Of a stretch of 64,000 bases of DNA, positions 49,138-59,967 are shown piece after piece (within the stretch, counting starts at the first letter, position 1; every line of letters begins with the position of its first letter). The notes under the pieces are model-generated. The model saw only the letters and a program-made list of their open reading frames with translations, was not told the DNA's origin and made no database searches. Source of the DNA: Prevotella sp. (GTDB lineage: Bacteria; Bacteroidota; Bacteroidia; Bacteroidales; Dysgonomonadaceae); assembly GCA_031285625.1 (NCBI GenBank), contig JAITVV010000081.1, positions 1 to 64,000 of the forward strand, in the 5' to 3' direction. A program made the position numbers and the translations under genes.

Positions 49138-50652
49138 TTACTTAATATTTAAAACAGCCTTTTCGAGACGTGCAATTGTTTCTTCTTTTCCAATAGTAGC
49201 TGTTATATCAAACATATGAGGACCTTTAGATTCTCCTACAATGGCAAGGCGGAAAGCATTCATTACATTTCCCAGATGGTACCCTTTAGATTCGATCCAG
49301 CCTTTCACGATCTCTTCCTGATTATGTGCTGAAAAATCATTGATTCCTTTAATAACCTCAATCAGTTCTGTTATTTGAGCAGGAGATTCTTCCTTCCAGC
49401 GCTTCTTCACCACTTTTTCATCATAAGCTGTAGGAGCTACAAAGAAGAAGAAAGATTGATCCCACAATTCTTTCACAAAGCTAACCCTCTCTTTAACAAG
49501 ACCAACTACAGTCTCTACATATTCGATAGGAGTATCAATCCCTTTATCTTCAAGAACCGGATAAAAGATATTAGCTATCTCACTATTCGGACGTAGTTGG
49601 ATATATTGATGGTTAAACCATTTTCCTTTTTCATAATCAAACTTAGCACCACTTTTACTACATTTTTCAAGTGAGAAGAGGTCGATAAGTTCCGGCAGGG
49701 TCATTATTTCCTGATCATTTCCTGGATTCCATCCGAGAAGGGCAAGAAAATTAATAACAGCTTCGGGTAGATAGCCGCTCTCACGATAGCCCGAAGAAAT
49801 TTCTCCACTATTCGGATCTTTCCATTCTAAAGGGAATACAGGGAATCCCAAACGGTCACCATCACGCTTACTAAGCTTTCCGTTTCCTTCCGGCTTCAGT
49901 AATAACGGAAGATGAGCAAACTGTGGCATAGTATCCTCCCAACCAAAAGCACGGTATAATAACACATGCAGAGGTGCAGAAGGCAACCATTCCTCTCCAC
50001 GTATTACATGAGTGATTTCCATCAGGTGGTCATCCACTATGTTTGCCAGATGATATGTAGGTAGTTGATCTGCAGATTTATATAAAACTTTATCATCGAG
50101 CACTGAAGAATTGTATTTTACTTCGCCACGAATGACATCGTTTACAAGAACTTCCTGATTTGATTCTATTTTGAAACGCACAACATATTGATTTCCTGCA
50201 TCAATCAGAGATTGTACCTCTTCCTTACTAAGGGTGAGTGAGTTTCTCATATCTCCACGGGTAGATGCATCATACTGAAAGTTGTTCACAACTTCACGTT
50301 TTGCAGTCAGCTCTTCGGGAGTATCAAAAGCGATATAAGCAGCTCCTTTGTCGAGAAGTATGTCTACATATTTTTTATAAATATCTTTTCTTTCCGACTG
50401 CCGGTATGGGGCATATGCACCTCCCACATGGGTTCCTTCATCGAACTGAAGACCTAACCATGTAAAAGCTTCTATTATATATTCCTCTGCTCCGGGAACG
50501 AAACGTTGAGAATCGGTATCTTCGATACGGAGAATAAAATCACCATTATTCTTTTTAGCAAAAAGATAATTATATAGTGCTGTACGCACTCCTCCAATGT
50601 GCAAAGGCCCTGTCGGACTCGGAGCAAATCGCACCCTAACTTTTTGAGACAT
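49138..50652 (-). CDS. gltX: Glutamate--tRNA ligase
   Basis: [17 protein letters not shown]. Confidence 0.97.
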   Translation of the reverse strand: MSQKVRVRFAPSPTGPLHIGGVRTALYNYLFAKKNNGDFILRIEDTDSQRFVPGAEEYIIEAFTWLGLQFDEGTHVGGAYAPYRQSERKDIYKKYVDILLDKGAAYIAFDTPEELTAKREVVNNFQYDASTRGDMRNSLTLSKEEVQSLIDAGNQYVVRFKIESNQEVLVNDVIRGEVKYNSSVLDDKVLYKSADQLPTYHLANIVDDHLMEITHVIRGEEWLPSAPLHVLLYRAFGWEDTMPQFAHLPLLLKPEGNGKLSKRDGDRLGFPVFPLEWKDPNSGEISSGYRESGYLPEAVINFLALLGWNPGNDQEIMTLPELIDLFSLEKCSKSGAKFDYEKGKWFNHQYIQLRPNSEIANIFYPVLEDKGIDTPIEYVETVVGLVKERVSFVKELWDQSFFFFVAPTAYDEKVVKKRWKEESPAQITELIEVIKGINDFSAHNQEEIVKGWIESKGYHLGNVMNAFRLAIVGESKGPHMFDITATIGKEETIARLEKAVLNIK

Positions 50653-50728
50653 ACTGTATTTTTTAAAGAGGCTACAAAATTATACAAAATATTGCAAACT
50701 AGTGAGGATATAACCAGAATAAATAAAA

Positions 50729-50752
50729 ACAGCCGGACAGAAATCCGGCTGT
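50729..50752 (-). terminator. Intrinsic terminator
   Basis: acagccgga-cagaaa-tccggctgt with T-tract on the minus strand. Confidence 0.7.
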
Positions 50753-50771
50753 ACTCACTAAACTTAATATA

Positions 50772-51449
50772 TTATTTTCTGATGCTGCCTCTTCCAGACA
50801 TATTTGTATTGATATTATCATATTTGAGATTTACAACATTAACATCTGCACTACCCGAAGCACTAACAGATATATTATCTACTCTACCGCTAACTGTTAT
50901 GTTAGATCCACCGCTGGCAGCCACATTTGCATTCTTAGCTTTCTCAATCCTAATATTGGTATTGCTCCCTCCTGAAGCAGCAATATTAATCTTTTCACTC
51001 TTTGTTTGTCGTATTGTGCAATCTGCTCCTCCCGAAAGGGCTACATTACAATTGTCGGACTTTACTTTATTTATATCTATATTGGCCCCACCAGAAGCTG
51101 TAATAGAAATTTTATCACTATTTTTCAATTCCTCGGAAAAGAATCTCGATCCGCCTGACAGAATAACCGCATCCAGTTTGCTTGCTGATAAATATACCTT
51201 TGCACTGCCTTTTCGTCCTCCTTTTCTGCTTAGTATCAATGAACCATCTTTCACATTTACATTCACATTGTCATACTTATCTATATCTGCAGTATGGGAT
51301 TTACCCTGCGAATAATAGACTTCAATCCCAGAGCTGGAGACAATAGTACTGTACGGACTTACCGCTATTTTTTCCCTGTTTGCTGTTTTGCTCGACCCGC
51401 AAGATATAAAAAGGATCATGCTTAATATAAGAACACTCATAAATTTCAT
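50772..51449 (-). CDS. DUF2807/GIN-domain beta-solenoid lipoprotein
   Basis: Lipobox FISC; repeated (A/L)SGG-x units. Confidence 0.8.
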   Translation of the reverse strand: MKFMSVLILSMILFISCGSSKTANREKIAVSPYSTIVSSSGIEVYYSQGKSHTADIDKYDNVNVNVKDGSLILSRKGGRKGSAKVYLSASKLDAVILSGGSRFFSEELKNSDKISITASGGANIDINKVKSDNCNVALSGGADCTIRQTKSEKINIAASGGSNTNIRIEKAKNANVAASGGSNITVSGRVDNISVSASGSADVNVVNLKYDNINTNMSGRGSIRK

Positions 51450-51473
51450 CTGTATATGTTTTATAACGTTTAC

Positions 51474-52715
51474 TTATCTAATTTTCACATCAGCATAGTT
51501 ACTCGTAACGTTTATTACTGCTGTTGCTTTCTTATTCCCGACTTGTCCTTTCTTTATCACAGAACCCGCCTTTTCAATGTGTTCTGTATATTTTACAGAA
51601 TATTTGTTAGACACATTTATATCTCCATGGTTTAATGATACACTAAAAGTAGCACCAATATTTGCAGGAATACTTAATATTATATCAGAGTAATTACTAT
51701 TGACATTTATGTTTGCATTAGATGATATAGAATTGATTTGGATATCGGAATAATTACATTTGGTAGTCAGGTCAGAATTCAAATTATCAATCTTTATATC
51801 AGCATAATTCAAATTTCCACTTATATTACCTATTGTTCCTATCTTGAAATCTCCGGAAGATGTACCCTTAATTACAAGATTTTGTACATTACTAAAAACA
51901 TTATCACTATAGTTGCTCAACAAGTCAATCCGGTTAGCCTTTGCTATATTAACTTTTGAATAAGATGCATCAATATCTATATCCTGAGCCTGACCTATAG
52001 TAATTTTCCCATATCTGTCTTTGATTACCGGCTTTACTCCCGAAAAGCCTTCTGCATTAAGACTACTATAAGATAAATTTGATGAGAATGGGGCATGGAA
52101 CTCATCCATCCTTACTTTTCCATATCTCAGGTTGATATTCAGTTTAGTATTTCGTGGAATATTTATTATAAAATCTATCTCAGCTCCGCTGGTACTTTTG
52201 CTATCTATTGTCAATTGTCCTTTTGTTGTCGAAATATTTACCGGATTTTTTTGATTACGGCTACTAAAGTATTGAATCTGTAGTTCCACCTGTTTCGATT
52301 TGGATTCCTTGACAATGATATTACCATATTGATGCCGGAAATCAATTTCTGATATATTGGAAAAGGATTTTGTCTCTGTTCTTTTAGGTGTTTTATTTTT
52401 TTGATTGAATTTGTATACCCTTACATCTCTCCACTTATCTGCTTTAAGGTCCTTAAAGTTTTCTTCTATTTGTTTTTGTGTGGCTTTTAGGGATTCTTTC
52501 CAATCTTCAATATCCGCCTTATTTGCCCCAAACTTCTCTCTGAGAGCAAGCAGATCGCTAGTATCCATATCTGGAAAATTAAAATCAAAACCACTCATAT
52601 CAATATTCGGGTCTATTTTTCCTTTATAGATATAGATCGAATCTTGTGGAATATTAATAGCGCTTAGTTGCGTGGATATTAAACAACATAAGCTGATAAA
52701 TATATACTTTTTCAT
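51474..52715 (-). CDS. Exported DUF4097-like beta-strand repeat protein
   Basis: Signal peptide; repeated x-YG/YS-x-I units. Confidence 0.65.
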   Translation of the reverse strand: MKKYIFISLCCLISTQLSAINIPQDSIYIYKGKIDPNIDMSGFDFNFPDMDTSDLLALREKFGANKADIEDWKESLKATQKQIEENFKDLKADKWRDVRVYKFNQKNKTPKRTETKSFSNISEIDFRHQYGNIIVKESKSKQVELQIQYFSSRNQKNPVNISTTKGQLTIDSKSTSGAEIDFIINIPRNTKLNINLRYGKVRMDEFHAPFSSNLSYSSLNAEGFSGVKPVIKDRYGKITIGQAQDIDIDASYSKVNIAKANRIDLLSNYSDNVFSNVQNLVIKGTSSGDFKIGTIGNISGNLNYADIKIDNLNSDLTTKCNYSDIQINSISSNANINVNSNYSDIILSIPANIGATFSVSLNHGDINVSNKYSVKYTEHIEKAGSVIKKGQVGNKKATAVINVTSNYADVKIR

Positions 52716-52728
52716 ATCAATTGTATAA

Positions 52729-53259
52729 TTAGCATTTTGTGTATTTTCCTAACTTTTCATTTATATTTTCCAGTGCGTGAATGTTTGCTTTATAATGCTT
52801 AACCAAAAAACGTATTGCTGTTTCCTGATCCTCATTCTGTGCCATTTCATTAATAAAATCGGAATTGTTATCCATTATTTTTTGTAAGTCTTTTGTCAGT
52901 TGCGCCTGATTGTCAGTGTCTGTATAAGCAAGCTTACACATTATGTCCGCGATTTGCTCTTCCATTTGCTGACTGTAATAGCTATTTGTTGTTTTAAATT
53001 CCTCAGAAGCCTCAATAGTCGCAGTTGGAGGAATATTATCGTTCATTGTTTCGGGATTGTAAAACTTAATAGCAACAGCAATCAAAACCGCAATAGATGC
53101 TGCCACAGACAATATACTTATCAATCTTACCTTTTTAGTAGATTTAGGCTTTTGTTCTTTTTTCAAAAGAGCTTCAAACCTATCCATATGCCCTGCCGAA
53201 GGCTCTTTGTCATCGAATAAATCCCTATTTTCCTGTATTTTCTTTCTTAAGTCATTCAT
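52729..53259 (-). CDS. Putative anti-sigma factor
   Basis: EPSAGHMDRF motif, single TM segment, directly downstream of an ECF sigma gene. Confidence 0.7.
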   Translation of the reverse strand: MNDLRKKIQENRDLFDDKEPSAGHMDRFEALLKKEQKPKSTKKVRLISILSVAASIAVLIAVAIKFYNPETMNDNIPPTATIEASEEFKTTNSYYSQQMEEQIADIMCKLAYTDTDNQAQLTKDLQKIMDNNSDFINEMAQNEDQETAIRFLVKHYKANIHALENINEKLGKYTKC

Positions 53260-53270
53260 ATCCCCTCCTT

Positions 53271-53801
53271 TCAGATGAGTTCGATTAATCTTTGTTTTGC
53301 TCTCATATACTGTATACGTACGGTACCCGGTGCTATATTTAATATTTCACTTATCTCTTCATGGTCATAGCCCTCTATCAGGTAAAGGTTAATGACCAAA
53401 CGGCTTGCTTCGGGCAATTTTTGTATTGCTGCTTTTACCTGTTCCACTTTATCCAAAATTGCATCCCAATCTTCATTATCATCGGAATCAATTACATCAT
53501 ATTTTATATTTTCATTCAGGTTGATTACATCAAGACTTTTCTTCCTCAATTTATCAATCGATGTATTGATGGCAATTCTCACCAGCCATGCCTCGAAAGG
53601 TACAGAATCTTTATAATCATTCAAACTGGAAAATACTTTTAGAAAACTTTCCTGCATTGCATCTTCCGCCTCAAAAGAATCATATAAAACCCGATAACAG
53701 GCATTGTAAACCCTCTTATAGAAAGTTGTATACAGTTGCATCTGGGACTTATGCTCCCCTCTCTTGCACCGCTCTAATATAGTAGAATCAAAGCCTATCA
53801 T
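53271..53801 (-). CDS. ECF sigma-70 factor
   Basis: AEDAMQESF, WLVRIAIN, EGYDHEEISEILNI. Confidence 0.92.
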   Translation of the reverse strand: MIGFDSTILERCKRGEHKSQMQLYTTFYKRVYNACYRVLYDSFEAEDAMQESFLKVFSSLNDYKDSVPFEAWLVRIAINTSIDKLRKKSLDVINLNENIKYDVIDSDDNEDWDAILDKVEQVKAAIQKLPEASRLVINLYLIEGYDHEEISEILNIAPGTVRIQYMRAKQRLIELI

Positions 53802-53829
53802 TAAATTTTGGTTACCCTTCTATCTATAT

Positions 53830-53856
53830 GTACGAAAGAAAAAAAGATGTGTTACA
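53830..53856 (-). promoter_or_regulatory. Candidate autoregulatory ECF promoter
   Basis: TGTAAC-N16-CGTAC on the minus strand, matching the AAC/CGT ECF consensus, 28 nt upstream of the sigma ORF. Confidence 0.6.
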
Positions 53857-53926
53857 AAAGGAGAAACTATTTTCAGTAAAATATCAGATTATCTTCTTTT
53901 TTATCATTATAAGTCGCTAAAATTGC

Positions 53927-54304
53927 TTACATCTCTGAAATTACACCCCAATAACAAACAGCAATAATAAAGGACAAAGGGGTCATCATCCATCTTTCTT
54001 TATGGCTTTTTGAGAATATATTCATAACTACATTTATAGATAAATATATTGCAAATACATAGCAGCTAATCTTAATTATTCCATATGAAAAAACCGAAGC
54101 AATCAATCCTCCGGCCTGAAGTAATGCAAAAATCCCGAATATCTGCAAAATTATTGCCAAAGTAACAGCAACTCTGTTTTTACCCGATAAGATCTTCTGT
54201 TGGCCACCCATAGCATATTCGCCCAGTGGTACTCCAAAAACGAGTAACAGATAAAATATTACTATTAGTCCGAAAAAAATACTTCCAATAAGTGCAAAAA
54301 TCAT
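53927..54304 (-). CDS. Hypothetical 4-TM membrane protein
   Basis: Four hydrophobic segments; G-x-PLGEYAMGG and S-x-S-x2-ER motifs. Confidence 0.7.
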   Translation of the reverse strand: MIFALIGSIFFGLIVIFYLLLVFGVPLGEYAMGGQQKILSGKNRVAVTLAIILQIFGIFALLQAGGLIASVFSYGIIKISCYVFAIYLSINVVMNIFSKSHKERWMMTPLSFIIAVCYWGVISEM

Positions 54305-54434
54305 AATGAATATACTTTACCTGCAAAAATACGAGTAAATAATCAAAAAACAGAAAAGGTTTCCTTTTTATCTCTTTAAACCAAAGCGGATACTCAATTG
54401 TTACAAATGATAATATTCACAAATCTCATTTAAT

Positions 54435-55478
54435 ATGAAAAAATTTTGCCTCGCATTATTTGCTATTGTTTTAACTGCCCATTTTAATGTAATAGAAGCT
54501 TGTACAAGAATTGTTTATCAAGGACCTAACAATACCATCCTCACAGCCCGTTCGATGGATTGGAAAGAAGACAGCCGTAGTAATCTATGGATTTTTCCCA
54601 GAGGTATGGAACGTAATGGGGAAGTGGGTAAGAGTCCTATGAAATGGACTTCTAAGTACGGAAGTGTCATAGCCTCAGCTTATGATATTTGTAGTACTGA
54701 TGGTATGAACGAAAAAGGGCTGGTAGCTAACTTGCTCTGGCTCGCTGAGTCTGCATACCCTCAATGGGATGGAAAGAAACCCGGTCTTTCGATAGCTGCA
54801 TGGGTACAATATATGCTCGATAATTTTGCTGATGTAAATGAAGCCGTAGCAGCAATGGAGAAAAGAAATTTTGAAGTAGTCTCTGATATGATGCCCGACG
54901 GGTCGCGTATGGCAACCCTGCATTTATCAATTTCCGATGCATCCGGTGACAATGCCATATTTGAATACGTAAACGGTGAATTAAGAATTCACCATGATAA
55001 ATCTTATCAGGTAATGACTAACTCTCCTATATTTGACCAGCAATTAGCACTTAACGATTATTGGAAGAATATCGGAGGCTTAACATTCCTTCCCGGAACC
55101 AATCGTGCAGCAGACCGTTTTGTGAGGGCCTCTTATTATATCAATGCTATTCCAAAAACAGAAGATACACGCATTGCCGTAGCCAGTGTATTCAGTGTAA
55201 TACGCAATACATCTGTTCCTTATGGAATAAGTACCCCGAATGAACCTAATATTTCATCCACAAGATGGAGAACAGTCTCAGATCAGAAGAACAAAGTATA
55301 TTATTTCGAATCTGCTTTATATCCGAATGTCTTTTGGGTTGATTTCGCAAATATAGATTTCACTAAAAATGCACCTGTGAAAAAACTGGATCTGGTAGGA
55401 GGTAAAACTTATGCAGGAAATACTATTAATGAATTTGTGAATTCTGAAGCATTTAAATTTTTGGGAGTAGATCAGTAA
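54435..55478 (+). CDS. Linear amide C-N hydrolase (choloylglycine hydrolase / penicillin V acylase family)
   Basis: Signal peptide then nucleophile CTR; RSMDW, DGMNEKGL, MTNSP, RFVRA. Confidence 0.92.
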   Translation: MKKFCLALFAIVLTAHFNVIEACTRIVYQGPNNTILTARSMDWKEDSRSNLWIFPRGMERNGEVGKSPMKWTSKYGSVIASAYDICSTDGMNEKGLVANLLWLAESAYPQWDGKKPGLSIAAWVQYMLDNFADVNEAVAAMEKRNFEVVSDMMPDGSRMATLHLSISDASGDNAIFEYVNGELRIHHDKSYQVMTNSPIFDQQLALNDYWKNIGGLTFLPGTNRAADRFVRASYYINAIPKTEDTRIAVASVFSVIRNTSVPYGISTPNEPNISSTRWRTVSDQKNKVYYFESALYPNVFWVDFANIDFTKNAPVKKLDLVGGKTYAGNTINEFVNSEAFKFLGVDQ

Positions 55479-55499
55479 TTTCAGTATTTTTTTAAAGCA

Positions 55500-55532
55500 A
55501 AGAAAAGCCAGTTTTTTAACTGGCTTTTCTTG
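55500..55532. terminator. Bidirectional intrinsic terminator
   Basis: aagaaaagccagtt...aactggcttttctt. Confidence 0.8.
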
Positions 55533-55542
55533 TTTATTATTT

Positions 55543-57861
55543 TTAGAATGGATATCCTATACCAAAATGCCATGCCATACGATTTAGGCGAGGCTTAAAT
55601 AACACAAAGCGTTTTGACTGGTCACGTCCGGGATCATAGGCTTGCATTCCCGCATCGAAACGGAGCAACAGGAAACCAAGATCGAAACGTATACCTAATC
55701 CATAGGAAACGGCTATTTCCTTATAGAAATCTTTAAATTGGAATTGTCCATCTGGTTGATTTTCATAATCTTTCAGTGTCCAAATATTTCCTGCATCTAT
55801 AAATTGTGCAAATTCAAAAAGTGAAGTCAGTTTATATCTATTTTCGATACTGAATTCAAGTTTCATATCTCCTGTTTGGTTTACAAAATCGCTTCTTGTA
55901 CCTTCCGGTCGTTTGTATGAACCAGGTCCAAGCGATCGGGTACTCCATCCCCTGATACTATTTGCCCCTCCTGCAAAAAACCGCCTTTCGAAAGGGAGTA
56001 CATCTGAGTTTCCATACGGATGTGCCATACCTAGACCAATCCTATATGCCACTGAATGAATTTTAGAGAAATAGAATGTGCGTGAGTATTCTATACTTCC
56101 CTTTATATATTCAGCATAGGCAACCCCTAGTATTTTTTTCTGTCCGGTTTCTTCATCGGGCTTGGCTCCATTTATAGTTGTAGCCAGTCGTGGCAATGCT
56201 CCGGCAACCTCTATCGATCCGCGTAAGGTGTAAGTCGGATGTAATGAGTTTAATCGGCGCGAATTTACAAGAGTTGCTGTGTATGCGGTACGTGATACAA
56301 GTTGATCCCGATAGCTTTCCCGTAATAAAGGATTGTTTGAGTTGCTGAGATAAAGGCTATCAAACCTGTGAGATACCCAAGGCATGCGGATATAGTTAAT
56401 ATCTAATAAGTCGAGAGCATGTCTCAGCCTGTTCCTTTTGGTTGCCCATCCATAGTTTAATGTAGTATTAAAAAACTGGCGGGTATATTCTGCACGATGC
56501 TGATTGGTCAGACCAATAGAAATGCGGGTAGACGCCGAAGGCTGCTCACGCCAGCTTTTCTTTAGCCAGGGGAAGAGGAACATAGGGAATGTAAGTCCTG
56601 TCTCTATACCATACTCATAGTAGTTTTGGTTCATCAGGTCGTCATCCTTCTTTCCGGCAATAAATTCGTAGGCTCCTTTTAACTTTATATTGAATTGTTC
56701 CCCTCCGTTGAAGAGATTCTGATGCTGATAAGATACACTTGGCGCAACCCCTATATCACCGGCAGAGTTTGTACCATCCAATCCAGCCTTGAACCAGTGG
56801 GCATTGGCAGGGAGAAGGATAATAGTTGCATCTAATAATCGTGTACTGTCTTCGGGGGAAGGAGTAATTGAAATATTTGCCTGTTTGATCGCACCCATTT
56901 TGCTATACGCTTCAAAGGTTCCATTCAGTGCATAATCAGAGAACCAGCTCCCTTTACGCATATAATTATTACGTGCTATAGTAGAATTACGAAGGAAGTT
57001 ATTCCGCCCGTGTATAATTTTAATTCCTTTATATTCAGTTGTATCCGCATTTCTGAAAAACCATCTGTTGGTGCTCAACTGCCCGCTATCATCTCCTCCC
57101 CGTCTACTGGTCAGGGAGTTTATACCTGAAATAACGGTTACATTGTTAATCCTATAGCGCGGATATGGCAAACTATCTTTTGCCGGATAAATATCGAGGA
57201 ACAGATCGACTTCGTGAGAATTGTGTGTTGTGTCAGCTTTGAAGTACACATATTCTTTCGAGAAATTGTAATACCCTACATTACGCATTATGCTATTTAC
57301 CCTCACTCTTTCCTCTTCCAGCATATCCATATCGAACATATCCCCTTTAGCTATATAGGGCTTCATCGGGATCAAATTTATAATACGCTGCATTGTAGTA
57401 TCGCTAAGGGTATATTTATAATCGCGTATAAGATAGGGAGTGCCTCCCCTTAGATTATATGTTACGGATACTTTTTTGTCATTAAACTTTAAGGTAGTAT
57501 CTGCTTCGGCATTCAGATATCCCTGATTATTCAATTGTTTTAGCAATTGATTTTTAGACAACTGTGTCTGTGAAGCGCTGTAAATAACAGGTGGTTGTCC
57601 GGCTTTTCTTATTATCTTATTCAACCATGTTGAGTCCTGTCCGGCCGTATTGTATAATTTTAGCCTGAATTTACCTAACAATGGAAGGCTTGTATTTGGT
57701 TGTTGGCGGACAAAATCTTCTAAATCGGAAGTCGCATTTTTTGTATCATGTTTTATTGTGAAGTCATCTAAAAGATAACTCCCTTCCGGAATGTTTTTAG
57801 TAGTGCTACATGCCGCAAGGATCAAAATAAAAGCAAACGGTATTAATCTATATTTCTTCAT
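55543..57861 (-). CDS. Omp85-family lipoprotein (TamL-like)
   Basis: Lipobox LAAC, POTRA region, GGANSIRGW, DAGNIW, terminal GYPF. Confidence 0.88.
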   Translation of the reverse strand: MKKYRLIPFAFILILAACSTTKNIPEGSYLLDDFTIKHDTKNATSDLEDFVRQQPNTSLPLLGKFRLKLYNTAGQDSTWLNKIIRKAGQPPVIYSASQTQLSKNQLLKQLNNQGYLNAEADTTLKFNDKKVSVTYNLRGGTPYLIRDYKYTLSDTTMQRIINLIPMKPYIAKGDMFDMDMLEEERVRVNSIMRNVGYYNFSKEYVYFKADTTHNSHEVDLFLDIYPAKDSLPYPRYRINNVTVISGINSLTSRRGGDDSGQLSTNRWFFRNADTTEYKGIKIIHGRNNFLRNSTIARNNYMRKGSWFSDYALNGTFEAYSKMGAIKQANISITPSPEDSTRLLDATIILLPANAHWFKAGLDGTNSAGDIGVAPSVSYQHQNLFNGGEQFNIKLKGAYEFIAGKKDDDLMNQNYYEYGIETGLTFPMFLFPWLKKSWREQPSASTRISIGLTNQHRAEYTRQFFNTTLNYGWATKRNRLRHALDLLDINYIRMPWVSHRFDSLYLSNSNNPLLRESYRDQLVSRTAYTATLVNSRRLNSLHPTYTLRGSIEVAGALPRLATTINGAKPDEETGQKKILGVAYAEYIKGSIEYSRTFYFSKIHSVAYRIGLGMAHPYGNSDVLPFERRFFAGGANSIRGWSTRSLGPGSYKRPEGTRSDFVNQTGDMKLEFSIENRYKLTSLFEFAQFIDAGNIWTLKDYENQPDGQFQFKDFYKEIAVSYGLGIRFDLGFLLLRFDAGMQAYDPGRDQSKRFVLFKPRLNRMAWHFGIGYPF

Positions 57862-58008
57862 TAAAACTAAGGTCTGAAACCTATATTATTACTTTGATAA
57901 GTGAAACAACAATAGATTGTTATGATTCAAAAACAATTCATTAAATGTGTTTATAGTTACATATTAACGTTTGACAAAGATACAATGTTTAAAAATAGAT
58001 AACATCAG

Positions 58009-59472
58009 TTAATTCAATTCACTTACATCTGCAATTCCATTACGGTCAAACAGCACACGATATTTTTTATAATATTCATCATCTTCCGATTTACATTGTA
58101 TTATAAAGTAAAGTGAATAAACTTTATTCCCCTCGATTGTTTCCAGACCTTGTTCAGGGTCTTCTAGGTATAAAGGAATATATGGATTATCCATCTTCTG
58201 GGTAAAATTGACAAGCGTAAAACGTGTTATATCATTTATCCCCGAGAGCCGGTATTCCTTATATTTTTCAATTTCTTCTTTCGAAAGATTCACCCATTTA
58301 CGGTACAATATTATTTTCTCATCATATACCTGGTTCTCGGCTTCTACAAGAGGGCTTCGGGCACGAATACTCCGCACCTCATCAGGAAGTTTGCTTTCCT
58401 CTATGAAATCGAAAGCTTCCTTTATCCATCCTATTTTCCGTTTACGAATACTCAGGTTTAACTTAGTGTCAAAATATTTTTTACCAAGTTTGGAAGTGAA
58501 GTAGTACCGCATAATATCTTTAATGCGGTCTTTAAACATATAACTAAAGACAAGGATAATGAAAAGGTCGGTAGTAAAGTTACCCAACCGTTGTGTGGCA
58601 AAAAAAGAAACCACTGTAGCAAAGAACATAGCTATACCGGCAGCGATACTATAATAAAACTGCTCGGCAAACACACCATCTTTCTTTTTAATTATTTGTA
58701 AGAAAAGGTCGCTTTCAACGAATTTTTTAAGAATATTCCGTTGAGTTATCACCAGACTGTTGTGCTTGTCATTCCCTTTCTCCAGGATCATAAAGCCTCT
58801 CTTTTTCTTATGGCTTTTCTCATCCTCTATGAGTTTGTATAGTTCAGGTTTAATGATCTCAAAAGCAGGTTTATTCTTTAACAGCCTCATTATCTGAAAA
58901 GAGTATTGCTCAATGATATTTCCTAAAAAGTCATCACCGAAAAGGAAAAAATCCCGCTGCTGTTTCGTAATGTCGGGCTTAGTAAGCTCATCCCACATTT
59001 CACGGTATTGTAATGCGATTTGTCTTACATTTTGTACATACGCCTCTACATGGGAAATTACTTTCTCATCGGTTGCCGTACCGGTAATGATCTGTACCTG
59101 TCGCCTCAGGGCACTTTTCATAATACAGACAAACATTTTTATCTGATAGACAAAACTTTCTGTAACTGTATCATTTGCAGGATCGATAGCTAATGCATCC
59201 AGTGCTTTTTGTAAGCGGGGCAAGGGGCCTCGTCCTGCTTTGAGTATTTCTTCGAGTGAATATACGGGAGTAATAAGACGCATATTACTTTTTACATCTC
59301 TGTAAAAGTCAGCTTTCTTATATGTTGAGCGATTGATATCAAGGCTGTTTGGTAAAAACATCCAGGTATTAATTCTGAACTCATTCAGGTTCTTAGAGTT
59401 TTTGCTGGTTATAAACCCAATTTTAAACTCTAAAGCAAAATTATCATGAATTTTTACTTCAGTATCGATCAT
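58009..59472 (-). CDS. Hypothetical protein with two central TM segments
   Basis: 487-aa ORF in operon with the CYTH gene. Confidence 0.7.
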   Translation of the reverse strand: MIDTEVKIHDNFALEFKIGFITSKNSKNLNEFRINTWMFLPNSLDINRSTYKKADFYRDVKSNMRLITPVYSLEEILKAGRGPLPRLQKALDALAIDPANDTVTESFVYQIKMFVCIMKSALRRQVQIITGTATDEKVISHVEAYVQNVRQIALQYREMWDELTKPDITKQQRDFFLFGDDFLGNIIEQYSFQIMRLLKNKPAFEIIKPELYKLIEDEKSHKKKRGFMILEKGNDKHNSLVITQRNILKKFVESDLFLQIIKKKDGVFAEQFYYSIAAGIAMFFATVVSFFATQRLGNFTTDLFIILVFSYMFKDRIKDIMRYYFTSKLGKKYFDTKLNLSIRKRKIGWIKEAFDFIEESKLPDEVRSIRARSPLVEAENQVYDEKIILYRKWVNLSKEEIEKYKEYRLSGINDITRFTLVNFTQKMDNPYIPLYLEDPEQGLETIEGNKVYSLYFIIQCKSEDDEYYKKYRVLFDRNGIADVSELN

Positions 59473-59498
59473 ATTCAGCTCTTCCCCAATTTATTACC

Positions 59499-59966
59499 TT
59501 ACCATTTAGAGTAAGGATATTTGGTTAATGAAGCATTATAATAACGCTTGTCGCCAGTCACTTCATTACCAAGCCATTCAGGCTTTATAAAAGATTCACT
59601 CTCTTCTGAAAGTTCAATCTCTGCTATAACCAGTCCTTCATTTTCACCGTGAAATTCGTCCACTTCGAAAGTATGATTTCCGCTGTTTATATAATAACGG
59701 ACTTTATCGATGATACCGGGTTCACAGAGTTTTAATAATTCACGGGCATCATCAACAGGTATTTCCTTTTCCCACTCAAAGCGGGAAACACCGGATTCAT
59801 TCCCGGCTCCCTTTATGGTTATATATGCTTTTTGTCCTTTTATCCGGACTCTTACCACACGTTCTGCAACAGAAGACAGATAACCCTGTACAACTTCCTC
59901 ATGTGAATGAGCATATTGCTTGAAGTTACCTCTTATCAGAAATTTACGTTCTATTTCTTGAGGCAT
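59499..59966 (-). CDS. CYTH domain protein
   Basis: EIERKF, RVRI, EWE, EVD-x-F, AEIEL. Confidence 0.92.
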   Translation of the reverse strand: MPQEIERKFLIRGNFKQYAHSHEEVVQGYLSSVAERVVRVRIKGQKAYITIKGAGNESGVSRFEWEKEIPVDDARELLKLCEPGIIDKVRYYINSGNHTFEVDEFHGENEGLVIAEIELSEESESFIKPEWLGNEVTGDKRYYNASLTKYPYSKW

Positions 59967-59967
59967 C

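Noticed and set aside
50599-51315. 238-aa plus-strand ORF
   Set aside because: Antisense shadow of the SGG-repeat lipoprotein; its PP repeats mirror GG codons.
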